Below are positions 22,396 through 36,419 of a stretch of DNA of 64,000 nucleotides, in pieces (the first letter of the stretch is position 1; each line of letters begins with the position of its first letter). Source of the DNA: Camelus ferus. Taxonomy: Eukaryota. The notes beneath the pieces were generated by a model. The model had not been told where the DNA came from and made no database searches. It saw only the letters and a program-made list of their open reading frames with translations. Location: the NCBI RefSeq assembly GCF_009834535.1, contig NC_045698.1, positions 3,598,001-3,662,000 on the forward strand, in the 5' to 3' direction. The position numbers and the translations under genes were made by a program.

Positions 22396-25300
22396 TGCTT
22401 CTGATGACTCCAGTGATGAGCTACACTTTTCAAGGAGGGTGAGCAAAGGAGGAAAAGGATTACAGAGAAAGTAAGTCAGTTCATTTTATTATTTTCTAAG
22501 TAATCCCAAGAGATCTGTGCCTGACATGACAGAGAAGACCAGTACTTAACCTGGAAACTTGGAAACAGTTTCTGTGTATCTCGGGGCACCTCCTGAGCCT
22601 TCCTCCAGCGTCCCATCCTTACGCAGCACCTGCGTTCTCAGTGTCTGCGTCTTGTGTGTGTGATTTAGCTGAGTGTGGCTGTAGGTCAGGGCTTTGGAGC
22701 CCCCGGGCCTCCGGGTGCTGCCTCCTCCCGCCAGTCCTCCTCCTGCAGCTGACCTGCCTCCTTCTCTTCTTCCCTAGCAGCCCACCTGCTGCTGCATCCA
22801 CTACAGCAAGACCCTGATGACTGGCCCTTGTCCCGTGTGTGGCTGTGCCGTGACGCGCAGTGTGAGCTTCTCTAGGTCAAAACACACTCAAGACAGACCT
22901 TTTGATGTTACATGTTACACTCTGAATCTTAAACCTCCTAAAGGGACAAATCGGCCTTTTTGGAGTCTTTCTTAAATCATCCCACACCCACACCTGAGCC
23001 TCCCCAGGCCCTCCCATCCTAGGATGAACTGCAGAACCGGAAGCCTCCCAGCATAGGGCCAGCCTTGCCTGCAGACGGAAAGTGTTTTCCAGCCACCTGA
23101 ACGTAATGCGCCACATGCCCTGGGCCCTCAGCGTGGGACTGACCTGTCCTCTCCCCCCCAGACACGGAACCAGCTCAGTTCCACCAAGTGACCTCCCTTT
23201 GTCTCCATTCTGGAATTCTCTGAGTGGGTCGTTCATGACTGCAGCCCGACCCCCACCCCAGGCCTTCAGGGCTCACAACTGTTGCCTACATATTCAGGAA
23301 ATTAAGACAAAATCAAATAAAAAGTCATTCAACCCACACATCCTGCCCTGGAAAACCCCAAACATTGTTCTTTCCCAGGCAACATCCTTCAGGCCCCACG
23401 TTGTCACTGACTGGATCACATCTGCCCCCCTCCGGAGGCTGCAGTTTCTCATTAATACACAGTGACTCCTGGAGGGTGTTTGGTTAGGCTTCTGTGGCCA
23501 AGCCGGGGCGACGGGGGCGGCGGGGGGATGGGGCAGTTAGAGGCGAATCTTGGCGTTTTACCCCATCCCTCCTCTCCACCCCTTTTACCAACTTATTTTT
23601 GACAGAAAAGAGAAGAAACTAACTTTCAGCACACACAAACACCACACTGGTAGCAACCTCTCAGATTCATGCAGCCAACAGATGAGCAGTTCTCATCACC
23701 GTGCACGTTAATTTGTGATCACTGCGTGTTTCAAAATGTTCGCTCGATGTCAAAACATTAGACACTTTTTAGCTCAGACCTTTCCTGCCAACGGCTGTTG
23801 ACCGTCTACCCGCTGTCTTCTGACCAGCACTCCCAGGCTTTGCTCCATAGATTTAACACAAATGATCAACCACTCCCTGAATACAGGTGTAAATTCACAT
23901 TCTCTACACTTTGACCAGAATGGTGATGAAAATCAATCAAATGATTTAAAGGGAAAATGTACTAGATGAGCTTCGTACAAGGCAGATAGTAATCATGAGG
24001 TCTACTCAGAGTACGTGATGGAAAACAGAAAAAAGATCTCCAAAATACCTGAAGAAAAAGTGTCCCTAACTCCTTTGGGAAATAAAGAACTAACAGTATG
24101 TAGCCTACAAATATTCTTCTTTAGTTTGAACGATAGACTTTATGTTGATTCAATGTTTAGGACACAAAACTTATCAGAGGAATATGAAACTACTAATAAT
24201 ATGTTTTATAACAGTAGCCCTCTAACTGGGAGCCAGGCAAGACGCTAAGTGTTTATAAACAGGAACCCAATTTTTATAGAGTAGTATTCGTGTTTTAATT
24301 GATGACACAGTAAAATTAAATTATTTTTGAGTGGCTGACCAGGGTCATCTGCATGGAGGTGGAGGACAATGGGTGTCATAAGCAGGTCCTTCCTGGCCTC
24401 CCCAGCCGAGCTCTTCACCATCAGAGCAGGTCTTGAGTCACAACCGGTGTGACTTTTTGGCCAAGAATCAGGCTGAAACAAAACCCAGCAAATCTGGAGC
24501 TAAATTGGTGCAGTAAAGGCAGCACCGAAGCGTCCCCAAGACAGATCTTAAACGTAAACAAGTTGAGATACACACACATGCATATATATACCATTTATAT
24601 AATTTTTTTATATTTTAAAAAGTAAAGCTTGGGTGCGTGTGAGAGTGTTTGTAAAAACGTAATAAAGGGGCCTGAACTAGCCTCACTCAGTCTGAACTGA
24701 GTAAAATGGAACAGCCACCCTCCAGGTATCTTTCAAGAACGACTTTGAGCCTCTGCCACTTATTTGAAGCTCAGTTGGCAGAAATAGGAATGGAGGTTTT
24801 CCTTCAGCAGAGCCTCCCCTCCATCCGTGGTCCCCTCCTCCCTGCCTTGGTTCAGCAGCGCCGGGGAAGAGTACAGAGCAGGGCTCGTCCATCCTGCGGA
24901 GGGCTTCCTCACCTCCAGACGACGTGCCCCGGCCGCTGTAGGAGACGGGCTGTGCCTCTACCCTGGGCAGCCGTGGAAGCCAGCATCCCGCAGGGTCCTC
25001 CCCCCAGGCGCCCCGGGGAGCAATGTCTTCACATCTCAGCTGCTGGGACATTCCTTCTGAACAACTCACTGATTTTTTATTTTATGGGGACTATGACTAG
25101 TAAACATTCATGTTTCTGCTAATTCTTCTGGCAAATAAAATTGGGGACCTGTGTCTAGCAGACCGCGGCACATTGTCATTTCATAGCCCTGGTTCCACGG
25201 CCTTTCTCTGCTCAGTGTCCTTTTTCCCAGATGCCCTCAGCTGCTAATTCTGTTATCCTATATTTATTGTTGTAAGAAACCCACAAAGTCTTTGCTGATC

Positions 25301-25829
25301 TAAGTAGACTTACATAAATAGACGGTTCTTTGTTTTAGAAAATGAAAGATTATTAATATTCTAGGGCTTCTAAAATGAGAGTATACATCCTGGAGGGACC
25401 CTAGAAGATTCCAAGTCGTGCGTGGAGACACATTTTTTTTATTTCAATGTTTTCATATCTATTTTAATATATTTTAGGGCACACACACTCACATACACAT
25501 ACACGCATGTATTTCATTATACTCATGACCTCATTGATAGATACTATTAGGGCAAGCAAGTAGCACCTATTTGATTTTTTTAATTGAGTCAATTTAATAT
25601 TATTTTTTATTATTTTAATTATTATTCTCATTATTATGTAATATTAAAGATTATTTTCATGGGAGGCAAAATCATGAAGAACTTCCTTGAGTGACACAAG
25701 TTCGGGAGATATGAATGCCCCAACACAACGAGAAGTTCCTATAACTGGACAGAGATAATCTTTAACTTAGAAAATCTGGCTGTATGCCATTACACGTGCC
25801 ACATCTATAACATCAGGGTACGCAGAACT

Positions 25830-26080
25830 TGCAAGAAGAAAAATGGGAAGAAAAGCTGTACCGAGAAAATACTAATGTAACTACAGGGGGGTCAGCTCCG
25901 CTTGTGTCAGACACCAAGGCAGAGAACGAAGGTCGCATTCACGAGAAGGGGAAGGACAGGAAGATACATGTTTAAAAACGTGTATACACCTAATAACAGA
26001 GACTCAGAACAGATAAAGCAAAAACTGCCCAAAGCATGAGGTGGACAACCACACCACAGGGGGGACACTGCGAAGAAAGA
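25830..26080 (+). mobile_element. Ancient L1 ORF2 endonuclease-domain remnant
   Basis: aacgtgtatacacctaataacagagactcagaacagataaagcaaaaactg translates to NVYTPNNRDSEQIKQKL, similar to the L1 EN motif NIYAPN...IKQ.L. Confidence 0.6.
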
Positions 26081-26654
26081 GAAGCGGGTGAGCAGCCTGT
26101 GCCTGCCACAGGGGCGTAAAACCGTGCAGCGTGTCTGGGGGACACTAAGTGCCAGCATGCGGGGCAGGGACTGCCGCTCAGGGAGGGACTGAGGACCAGA
26201 CTGCACCTGACGCCACAAAGGGCTTGGAAAGTGGGTGGGGGCTTGAACTTCTCCCCCAGACTCCCTGCTGTGTTCACGGGGGACAGGGGAGGGGGCAGCA
26301 CGATCAGACTGTCTGGGAAGAATTGCTCTGTAAGTGTGGGGTTAGTGAACGCCCCTCTGAAACACTGAAGCAGACAGGGAACTGCCCCAATAGACGGAGT
26401 CGCTGCAGCCTGGGGCGAAGTGGAAATGAAAACAGTTGTTCGCTAAAGAACCGTCCCACTCTCTGAGCCCGTGATCCTGAGTTTAGATTAGTCTGGGTTT
26501 TTGTTTCTTAGCTCAAATATTATCCCTCCGCTGGACTGAGCAGCTGTGGGCCAGGCAGCCCAGCTTCTCCCCACGTGTTTCTTGGTGAGCACTCCATGTG
26601 TGTCGCCCTCCCCTAAGTCCAGACGGCCCCTCTTTGGAGAGATGGGGTAGGCTG

Positions 26655-27102
26655 AGCAGTGGCCCCGGAAGGGGTCGGGTCCTCATCCCCAGGTCTGGAG
26701 ATACCATCCTTTACAAGGCGAAAGAGACTGCAGATGAGGCTGAGGATCCTGAGATGGGGAGACCCTCCTGGATTATCTCAGGGGGAGGCAGAGGGAGATT
26801 TGACCACAGAAGTAGCGATGGTGATGACAGAACAGAGATTTGAAAGGGCTAGTCTTAAAGATGTGAGTGACGCAGACACGAGCCCAGGACCGCCTCCCGA
26901 CACTAGGCGCTGAGAGACACAGGATGGGTTCTCCCCGAGAGCCTCCAGAGGGGGCACAGCCCTGCGGAGCCTTCTCTTCTCCCCTGTGACGCTGATCTCA
27001 GACGTCAGGCCTCCAGAACCGGGAGGGAGCAAATGGGGGTGATTGTAAGCCATCAAGTCAAGTCTGGGGTTATTTGTCACAGAAGTCCTAGGACACTAAC
27101 CA
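26655..27102 (+). mobile_element. MLT1C/D-like MaLR LTR
   Basis: gatcctgagatggggaga...cctggattatc...ttctccccgagagcctccagag...cctccagaacc...ttatttgtcacag...taggacactaac. Confidence 0.7.
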
Positions 27103-29289
27103 GAGGGCCCCATCGTAAGGTACCTGGTGTGGGGGAGCAGGGAGGCGAGCTAGCCCTAAGGTGCCGATGACCAAATTAGCCGGCACTTCCTTAGAAGCTA
27201 CTGGGAGCCTGGCCTGTCGAGGTGCAGCGTGAACACACAGATGACCAACACTCAGGGCTCAGTGACCCAGCCCGAAGCACTGTGTTCTGAGTTCTAGAGT
27301 GTTCATCTGCATGAACCCTGACAGAGAGGGGGCATGGGGGAAAATTTGGGAACAGATATGGGCAAGTAGGAAAAAGTCCTCAAAGTTTCTGGTAAAAAGC
27401 TTAGAGAAAAATTTTAATTTCTCTAAACGCATTCTTCTCCGGGGGCTACTTTCCAAGAAGCAGCCCCTTCCCTGTGCCCCCGCCTTGTCCATTCCAGGAG
27501 AGACGGGGACACTTAGCAGGGACACAAGGAGCCCAGAGCCACCCACATCCTGTCGGAGAGTGCAGCGGTAACAGCCTTGCAGAAGAATCTGCTGGAACAA
27601 AACGGGGGTCTGCGTCCACTGCACCCAAAGAAATAGGCTCAGTTCCGTGTCCAGGTTAGCATCCTGGTGCTGAGAGACTTCATCCCAATTCTGTAACCAG
27701 AAAAAAGAGGAAAATTATCTTCTACTTGACGAGCTCATGAGACCTGGGAGGGTGTCATTCTGCACATGTGCCCATGAAGTGGCACAGCGATTGACGACTG
27801 ACGTTGAACCTTTAATCTATTTATTGGTTGGGGTCCACGAGCTGTAGGTGGGTGGTTTGCCTCTGCATCTCCAGCGTCACAAATTGCTGGCTCCAGGGCC
27901 AAGACTCACGCACAGAGAACTTTTGTTTGGTCCACAGTTTTTTCCTTTTACGAAACATGTGTACGCCTTTGGGTGAACTGTGCATGCTCTGACAGGCCAG
28001 CCTCTCCAGGGCCGGTTCTCTCACAGTCTGCCGCTCTGTGGGAGATGCCCTTGCCTGCATCCTAACGTGCTTGAGTGCAAGACCCTTGTTTCACCAAAGT
28101 GCAACATTCACTCACATCAGAATGGTCACATTTTTTTTTTGGCTAAAGGAGACAAGTAGCAAGAATCAACTCAGTCACAATTTATAAACTGCGTCTACAG
28201 AATCATCAGTGTTGGAGCAACCCATTATTTGCTGATCTCCGGTGACCGTTAGGTGATAGCTGTATTTGATCTGAGGTCACCAAGTGTAAAGATATTTATA
28301 CGCATGTGGTTTTTTTTTTTTTTTTTTTTGGTAGTTGGAAGAGATTTAGTGAGCATCTGATTTTTCCTTTGATAGAACTAAGGATGGAAGAGGAATTTGC
28401 ACATAATGGAAATGCTTGACTTCTGAGTTGTTTGTTTTGTTTTGTTGGCTTTGGATTTTTTCTTCTTTTTTTTTTAATCTTTCCCTTTGAATGCAGTGAG
28501 AGGCAACCCTTTCTCCTGAATTCCCAGCCCCACCTCCACCTGCTGAGAGGCACTTCCTGGAACACTGCTGGTGCTGCAGCCTAATGGGATGCACCTGCCG
28601 TGTATGCAAATGACACAAGTGCAGTCATTTGTGATTGGATGAGCCTGCATTGTATGCAAATGTGCAGGTGCAAGCATTTATGCTGATAGAAAGATGACTC
28701 ATCCCCTGGCCTCAAGCACCAAGATTCAGCTGAAGATGGTGAGACAGTCAGAAAATGTGAAGGGAAGGAGAGACGTGGCAGAAGCGGAGAGGTGCCAAGA
28801 GATGCTGAGATTCCCTAGAGACTGTCAGCTGTTTGAACACTCAAGCAACAGAGTTAGGACAAGGAGACCAACCGTGATCACACTGTTTCTGTGATTATAA
28901 AACGCTCAGCTCTGAAACCCCCTTTTAATTAGTGACAGCTTTGCTGAGGACATTCCTGGGGTAGAGACGTTAGCCAGAAGAAACTAAAATGTGCACGTTA
29001 ATAATAATAAAAAACAGAGTAGCATCCACTCAATGTCTTTCTTTAGCATCACAAACTGAGTCTAAACCTTTTCATATTCAGGCCAGAGATTCCTTGGAAT
29101 CCCGTTTTTGGTTGGTAACTATCCCAACAGAAATGACCAGGTGACAGGAGGGGACCTCTGTACCCTTTGGATGCACTCCTTTGTGTTGGGCACTACCATG
29201 ACCTTGATTCTGTTCTGGGGGCTGAATGGATAGTGGCAAACAAAACAGCTAAACGTCCTTTCATTCTAGTGGTGGGCAAACATACCCCA

Positions 29290-29590
29290 TCATGGGCTGA
29301 ATTGTGTCCTCTTAAATTCAGAAGTTGAAGTCTTACCCCCACTGCATCAGAATGAGACCTTATTTGGAAATAGAGTCTTTGCGATGTAATTATGTTAAAA
29401 TGAGGGTAGATCAGGATAAAAAGGGTGTCCTTATAATAGGGAGAATTTGGACACACAGACACGTACTGGGGAGAAGGCAATGACATGAAAGTAGATGTTG
29501 GAGTGAGGCTGCTACCAGCTGAAGATTGCCAGCAACCCCCAGAAGCCAGAGGAGAGGCCATGACCAGATTTCCTCCCACAACCTCAGGAT
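29290..29590 (+). mobile_element. MLT1B/C-like MaLR LTR, partial
   Basis: atgggctgaattgtgtcc...cagaatgagaccttatttggaaatagagtctttgc...gattgccagcaacccccagaagccagagg. Confidence 0.8.
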
Positions 29591-29849
29591 ACACAGGGGT
29601 CAGCACACACACCATGCACAAGCACACCATGTCCGCACTTTTCAGTGCTACGGATTTAAGTGCAGAGGAGCTCTGGGGCCTGGGCTGATGAGGGGAGGGA
29701 GGGTCGCTACTGCACAGGGAAGCCTCACTCTTTACGGACGGTTGAGATCAAAAAAAAAAGGAGAAAGGAGCAGGACATGCATATGGAGAAGATCACGCTG
29801 GTCAGAAGGGACAGCAGAACCCCGCCTGGAGAGGGTGAGAAATGCCGTG

Positions 29850-30260
29850 GAGGCAGGGAGGTCGGGCGGGAGCTGGGTCAGTAGTTGGGGGCACCATATT
29901 GTAGGAGCCCTTGGACCACAGTGTTCACATGCACCTGAGTGAGCAGGGTACAGGGCAGGACGGTGGGGTGGTGACTAAGGAGGGCTGCAATTGGTAAAAT
30001 CACTCTGGCTGCTCTAAGCAGAAGGGGTGAGATGAGATGGCAGAGCCGGAGAGGCCGGCTGAGGGGTTATGGAAGCCGTCTGGATGGGAGGGGCTGGCGG
30101 TGATGAGCCAGAGGCCACGCGTGGATCCATTCTGGAGGTGGGGACAAGAAGACTTGTTGACGGATGGGATGTAGGTGTGAGCGGAGAGAGGGGCCCAGGA
30201 TGACGCCCAGGTTTGGGGCCCGCGCAGCTGCAAGGATGGGTGGGCTCCCTGCGGTGACTG
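29850..30260 (-). mobile_element. L2 LINE remnant
   Basis: aatcactctggctgct...cttgttgacggatgggatgtaggtgtgag...aggatgacgcccaggttt is typical antisense L2 sequence. Confidence 0.55.
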
Positions 30261-33200
30261 GACCGGGACAAAGGCAGAACCAGTGCTCAGAGCACAGCGC
30301 AGTTGCGGGACGGAAAGTGCTGAAGAGCGCTAGGTTTTCTTGTATAGCTTTTATCTGGTCAAATGTTTTCCTCTTTAAACCGTGTATTGTTGCAAGTTAA
30401 ACAGCAGCTCTTGGATGCCAGCCTGAAGGTTCCGGCAGATCTACCCTCACCTCTGACACACTACCTGACACCCTGAGCTTCCCCCACCAGCACCTGGAGG
30501 CTGAGCAACCCTCACTGCCTTCAGCTGCGCGGACTGCCAGCCGACAGGCAATCGTCTGGGTGCACACAACTTCTCCCAGCTGCGGCCATCTATTCTAGGA
30601 CAGTTCAAGCCGTAAGTAGGTGTCCAAACATCTAAGGTAAAATCCAGCAGTGTGAGTCACAGCCAAGGGGACTAGGATGTCCACTGGATGAACAGTGTGC
30701 CCCTGAGACACACACACACACTGTATGTATTTTTAGAAAATGAGGCCGTGAGAATTGTGATGGTTGGGTATAAACCAGCTGACCTTGTAAAGAGCAACTT
30801 ACCTGAAAGTTCAGATAGAACCCTTGTGTCTGAGAAGGACCAGTGTCCGGGAAAGAATCCTAACAAGGAGAGAAAAAGGATAGAGCCACCCGTTCACTCT
30901 AATGGTCAAGATAAGGAAGAGCCCAGGAGTGTTCGCGTCTCCCCCGCGGTCCAGCAATGGGAACGGCAGAGTAGGCTGGAGTCCCCACACACCCTGCACT
31001 GGGTCTCTGCCCGTCGTCCAGAAAGCAACCTGTGTCTCCCTTACCAGCTTCTCTGCCTTGGCTCACAGAAAAATTTAGGACCCCCAAACTTTTGTTGTCA
31101 ATAGTCCTTGGACATCTGAGCTATCCAAAGACCTACCAACACCGCACAGGGGAGAAGGGTTATCATGACAAGTCAGGGCACAGGCTTCATGGTCCACGGA
31201 GCCTCTCCCTCAGCTGCCCCCTCACAGCTGACCTCCTCCCCTGAAGCCCCCTTATCCACGAGACCCGTCAACTCTCGGTGGGCCGTGCAGCTCCAACCCT
31301 CCGAATGCGCGGCTAGAGAAGATGCACTGAGAAACATTTTGCGGGAAAAATGTGTGTTGGGCAACTGTGGCATAAGCTGGAGTTTGGAAGAGGGAAAACA
31401 GCAGACAGAAAGCAGAGGAGTGAGCGGACACCTTGTTGAAACCTGGAGTCTTTCCCTGTGGCCCCTGGGCTCGCTCAGGTGGGGGAGCCCCAGAACCTGG
31501 GAGTGAGAACTCTGTAGTGTGGGGTGAGGGTAAGAGATAAAGTAGGTGCGGGGGAGGATGTGGACAAAGAGCGCTCCCAGCCTCCAGGGCATCCCCGAGG
31601 GAAGGAGTCTTTGAGATTTCCTGGCATCTCAGAGGAATGGTTAATTTTTCCCAAGCTCTGCTTGACCGTGGGCTTTCGCGTTCCCAGGGGAGACACTGCC
31701 TGAGTGTCTGTGCCAGAGCAGCCTGCCGTGGTCTCCACGCAGGGTTTTTTGTTTGTTAGTTTTGTTTTGGGGTTTTTTCTCCTGATGCCCGTGATTCGGT
31801 CCCAGATCTTGTAACCTTTCTCAGGCACTTTGCGCTAAGATCCCAGCGACACGCCCGGGCAAGTGTCAAGACGAGTGACGAATGGCCTTTCCAGGCCAAC
31901 GTGATATTTATGAATCGCAGTGAGTGTCTCTGGCTGAGCTATAAACGCCTTAGGGCTCCTTCATGCTGCCCGGCAGTGTCAACAGTCCCCAGTGCTTGTC
32001 TGACCCCACGTCCGTCTGGCTGATTCCAAGGCTGGCGAGCTGTGTCTGGGCAGGGGGCAGGGGGCAGGGCCCCCTGAGCAAGGGGGCTCTTTGGTCGCCC
32101 TTCTGCTGCCCCGAGGAACATCCAGTGACTTGTCTGGCACTGGAGCCCACGGGGGATCTGTCACCTGGATGGGGACCAGCCGTTCCCCTGGGGATAGTCC
32201 CCTCAGCAGACAGACATCCGGCCTCACTCTGCAGAATCCCCGGGGCCACGCGGCCCTCACCCCCATCGCCAGACAAACGGCCATTGGTTCTCACTCTTGG
32301 GGCTCAGAGGTGCTAGTGTTCGTTCACTTTGCTCCTCTGGAAAAGCTCCTTCCAGAGTTAAGTGGAAAGCAGATCTTCTCAAAATTCATCAGTGGCTTTT
32401 AAACTTTTCTGTAAGTTTTACCATTGTCTAAAAGGCCTTGCAAATAGGGGAGAATCTAGTGCTTTTTGAAGTACCAGCTTTTCTCTCGGCTGTTCTGCCC
32501 TGACCTCTCCTGCTGGTCCAGCCACCACCCACCCTGTGCGCCCCACGCGGCCAGTCCTCCAAGCCTGGCGAGCTCAGTCCCCGGTTCCTCTGCACCTGCT
32601 TTTACTTACTTCTCTTCAGCTCATTTTTAAAATTTTAACTATGAAACATTTCAAACGTATAGAAAATGACATAAAGACATCGATGTACTCACATCCAGTG
32701 CCCTGGAGAGGAGCGGACTGCTCAATGCTCCCCGTAGGCCCCAAGGCCCCAGCCGGCCGCCCCAGGGGACTCCCGTCCGCTCCCACCCAGGCCTCCAGGC
32801 AGCCCTCTCCCTCCTGAGAGCTCGGGCATCCCCCCGCAGCTGCCCGCATGCTCGGGCCACGGCCACGGTACACAGGAGCTGCCGCCCTCCCAGCGAGGAC
32901 ACGTCCCAGCAGGGATGTTGGAGGGTGGGAGGCCAAGTAAGAGCCGTGCCCTGGGCAACAAGTGGCTTATCATCCGCACCTCCTCTGATCACAGAAAAGT
33001 CCGAGAAGCAACAGGAACAGATCCTTTTTCCTTAAAATCCAGGCTCTTTCCCTCGGGATGCAAGCTTGTCCATAAGCTCTCACAGACCACTCCCCAGTGG
33101 GGGGCCAGCTGCCCCCTGAGCTCCACCTCAAGCCACCACCCCTGCCACTTTTGCGGTGCCTCATGACAGCATGAAAAGCTGCCATTGGGTCAAGCCCCAA

Positions 33201-33781
33201 TTCCGTTCTCGGCTCACTGCACGGCTGGGACCGCTCGTTTGCACACCCTGCCTCAGCCCTGCTCCTTTCTTTCCCTTCTCCTCAGACAGGGCCACTGACT
33301 AGTCTCCTTTCTCGATGGAATCAACCTACGGTTTTCCTCCCAACACTGAGTCAGACTCACTCTCTTCCCGTAGTCATGACTGCCCATCCAGCCAGCTCTG
33401 TTCTGCGGAAGGGGGCGAGACCTCCCAGGGCCCCTTTGAAATGCAGATGTTGAGTTAAGCACTGGGGAGGCTAATTCTTGCACAACTGTGTGACTTGGTG
33501 AGGGGGGCGGGCTCTGTCCATCCAGACCTACCCGAGCATGGCGTCACCCCGTGGAAAGGGAGTGAGTTCTGCAAAGGAAATCAGGGTTCATTTGATGGAA
33601 GGAGCAGGAAGGAAAACCTCAAGGAGGAGGAGACACCAAAAACATGAGTCCTCCACTGGGCTTTAATCCTGCCTTCACCAACCTGTCATTTGGAAGAAAC
33701 CACGATGAAACGTGAACACCCTTTAATCTCCGGTGGCCGCCTGCCAGCAGCTGATCATCTCCGAGGTTTTACCTTGATTCC

Positions 33782-34243
33782 TGTGGACAAAGAATGTCAC
33801 CTGCTACATCAGTAAAAGAAGGCCATCCGGCCATCAGCCACTGCAGCTGCCTCCACCCGTGCACCCCGAGAGCAGAAGAGCAAGCTCCCCGCCCTCGGGG
33901 CTGGCAGTGCGTGTCAGAGGGATGACTGCGAGGAGCCCAGTCTCTTGCATCTCCTCATACACAGAGACCTGCTGAAGTCATTAACTTGAGGTGTCTTTTT
34001 TGTTTCCTTTTATTAGCAGTAATCTTTTGATGTTCGACTGTTTTTTTTGGATTTCGTTTTGTTTTTTTTTGTTTTTTTCCCAAAAAAACCCTGTATATCC
34101 TGGCTCCTCCCTTGCCTCTTCAGAACAGGCTCTTACTGCTGTCTGAGAGGCTGTCTCCCAGGCTGAAGTCCTCAGCACGTTCTCTGAATGAAATATAACT
34201 CTCAACTTTCAGGTTGTACTTTTTTTTTTTTTTTCAGTCAACA
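33782..34243 (+). mobile_element. ERV1-class solo LTR related to 9975-10453
   Basis: Shares the blocks atcagtaaa, ttaacttgag, gctcctccc, ctgagaggctgtc and tcaacttt.agg, and the end gtcaaca. No clean TSD seen. Confidence 0.75.
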
Positions 34244-34479
34244 CACCTTAGTGACTTTCATAACTTTTATGAAGCTTTCTCAGCTTTTAAAACTTTATTC
34301 CATTTATCTTATGCTTATGAAGGTACCATCACATCCCAGCCCCTTCTCTTCATTAGCCCTAAACTTGAACTTCAGTGTGATACTAACCCCGATATTAATC
34401 ACTGTGACTAACATTATCCCTTAATGGTAGGTCTAAGAAACTTACATCTTTTCATCATTTCCAAACTTCCTCACACACC

Positions 34480-36018
34480 TACAGTCAAGTAACCTTTGAC
34501 AAAAGGGACAAGAACACAGAATGGAGAAAGGACAGTCTTTCCAGCGAATTGCGCTGGAAAGAAGTTGGACAGCCCCACGTAAATCACTGAAGCTAGAACA
34601 CTCCCTCACACACACACAAAAATAAACTCCAAATGGCTTAAAGACTTAAATATATAAGACAGGACACCATAAAATTCTTAGAAGAGAACACAGGCAAAAC
34701 ATTCTCGACATAAATCGTAGCGATGTTTTCTGAGGGCAGTCTCCCAAGGCAAAGAAATAAAAGCAAAACTAAACAAATGGGACCTAATCAAACTTACAAA
34801 ATTTTGCACAGCAAAGGAAGCCATAAGCAAATGAGAAGACAACCTACGGAATGAGAGAAAATATTGCAAACGATGCAACTAACAAAATACGCAAACAGCT
34901 CATAACAACACAATAACGAAAAGCAAACAGCCCGATCAAAAGGGCAGAAAACCTAAAAAGATATTTCCTCAGAGAAGATATACAGATGGCCACTAGGCAC
35001 ATGAAAAGATGATCAACATCACTAGTTACTAGAGAAATGCAAATCAAAACTACAATGAAGTTCACTTCACACCAGTCAGAATGGCCTCATCAAAAAGTCT
35101 ACAAATAATAAACACTGGAGAGAGTGTGGAGAAAAGGGAACCGTCCTACACGGTTGGTGGGAATGGAAATTGGTGCAGCCACTATGGAAACCAGTATGGA
35201 GATTCCTTTAAAAAACTGAAAATGGAGTTAACATATGATCTAGCAATTCTGCTTCTGTGCATATACCCTGAAAAGTTGAAAACTCTGATTCAAAAAGATT
35301 CTTGCACCCCAGTGTTTACAGAAGCACTATTAATAATAGCCAAGACATGAAAACAACCTAAGTGTCCATCAACAGACGACTGGATACAGATGTGGTATAT
35401 ATATATATATTTTTTTTTCATATTATACATTCCATTATATATTGTATATATATGCACACATATATAACATACATATGTATGTGTATATGTATAATATATA
35501 TTTAGACATGGAAGCAACCTAAATGTCCATAGACAGATGACTAGCTAAAGAAGATGTGGTATATATACAATGGACTACTATTCAGCCATAAAAAAGAATG
35601 AAATAATGCCATTTGTAGCAACATGGATAGACCTAGAGATGATCATACTAAGTGAAGTAAGTCAGACAAAGACAAATATCATATGATATCACTTACATGT
35701 AGAATCTAAAAAATAGTACAAATGAACTTATTTGCAAAACAGAAACAGAGTCACAGACATAGAAATAAATTAATGACTACCAAAGGGAAGGTGGGGGAGG
35801 GATAAATTAGGAGTTTGGGATTAGCAGATACACACTACTGTGTATGAAAGAGATAAACAACAAGGGCCTACTATACAGCACAGGGAACTATATTCAATAT
35901 CTTGTAATAACCTATAATGGAAAAGAATATATATATACTTATATATATTTGTAGTCAAATCTCTTCACTGTACACCTGAAACTAACACAATATTATGAAC
36001 CAACTATTAAAAAAAAAC
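34480..36018 (+). mobile_element. Artiodactyl L1, 5'-truncated: degenerate ORF2 C-terminus, 3' UTR and A tail
   Basis: ORF track 35081-35350 ([16 protein letters not shown]...KDSCTPVFTEALLIIAKT) is the L1 ORF2 C-terminus. The 3' UTR includes atacagcacagggaactatattcaatatcttgtaataacctataatgg. Confidence 0.9.
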
Positions 36019-36098
36019 ACCCTCAGATTCTTTTTTTTTTTTTTTTTGGTCTGAGACTAAAGTTTTAAATACTTGAATAATCTAATTTTAAATAGAAC

Positions 36099-36410
36099 TG
36101 TGATATTTTGATTTATAACAAGAAATATATATTTGATCTTCATCCTGGTCTTAGCTCAGAGCTCCTAAAACCCTTAGAATTTCCTCAGTGATGGGAGCAA
36201 TGTGTGTGCTTTGTTATATGTCAATGAGGAAGCTTCTGGAAAGTCCCTTGGCAACCTAAGGTTGGGGGGTGATTGTCAAGGGAAACTAAAACCCAGTAAT
36301 TGAAGGGTTGGAACTTTCAGTCCCACCCTCCTGACCTTTGTGGATGGGAGAGGAGCTGGAGGTTGAATTGATGGCCAATGACTTAATCAGTTATGCCCAT
36401 GTAATGAGGC
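36099..36410 (+). mobile_element. MER21-like LTR fragment
   Basis: tgtgatatt...cagagctcctaaaacccttagaatttcct...gggttggaactttcagtcccacc...gctggaggttgaattgatggccaatgacttaatca. Confidence 0.7.
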
Positions 36411-36419
36411 AAATCTTAG

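Noticed and set aside
30750..31860. Possible old LTR fragments
   Set aside because: The composition is suggestive, but I could not identify termini, TSDs or a family with confidence.
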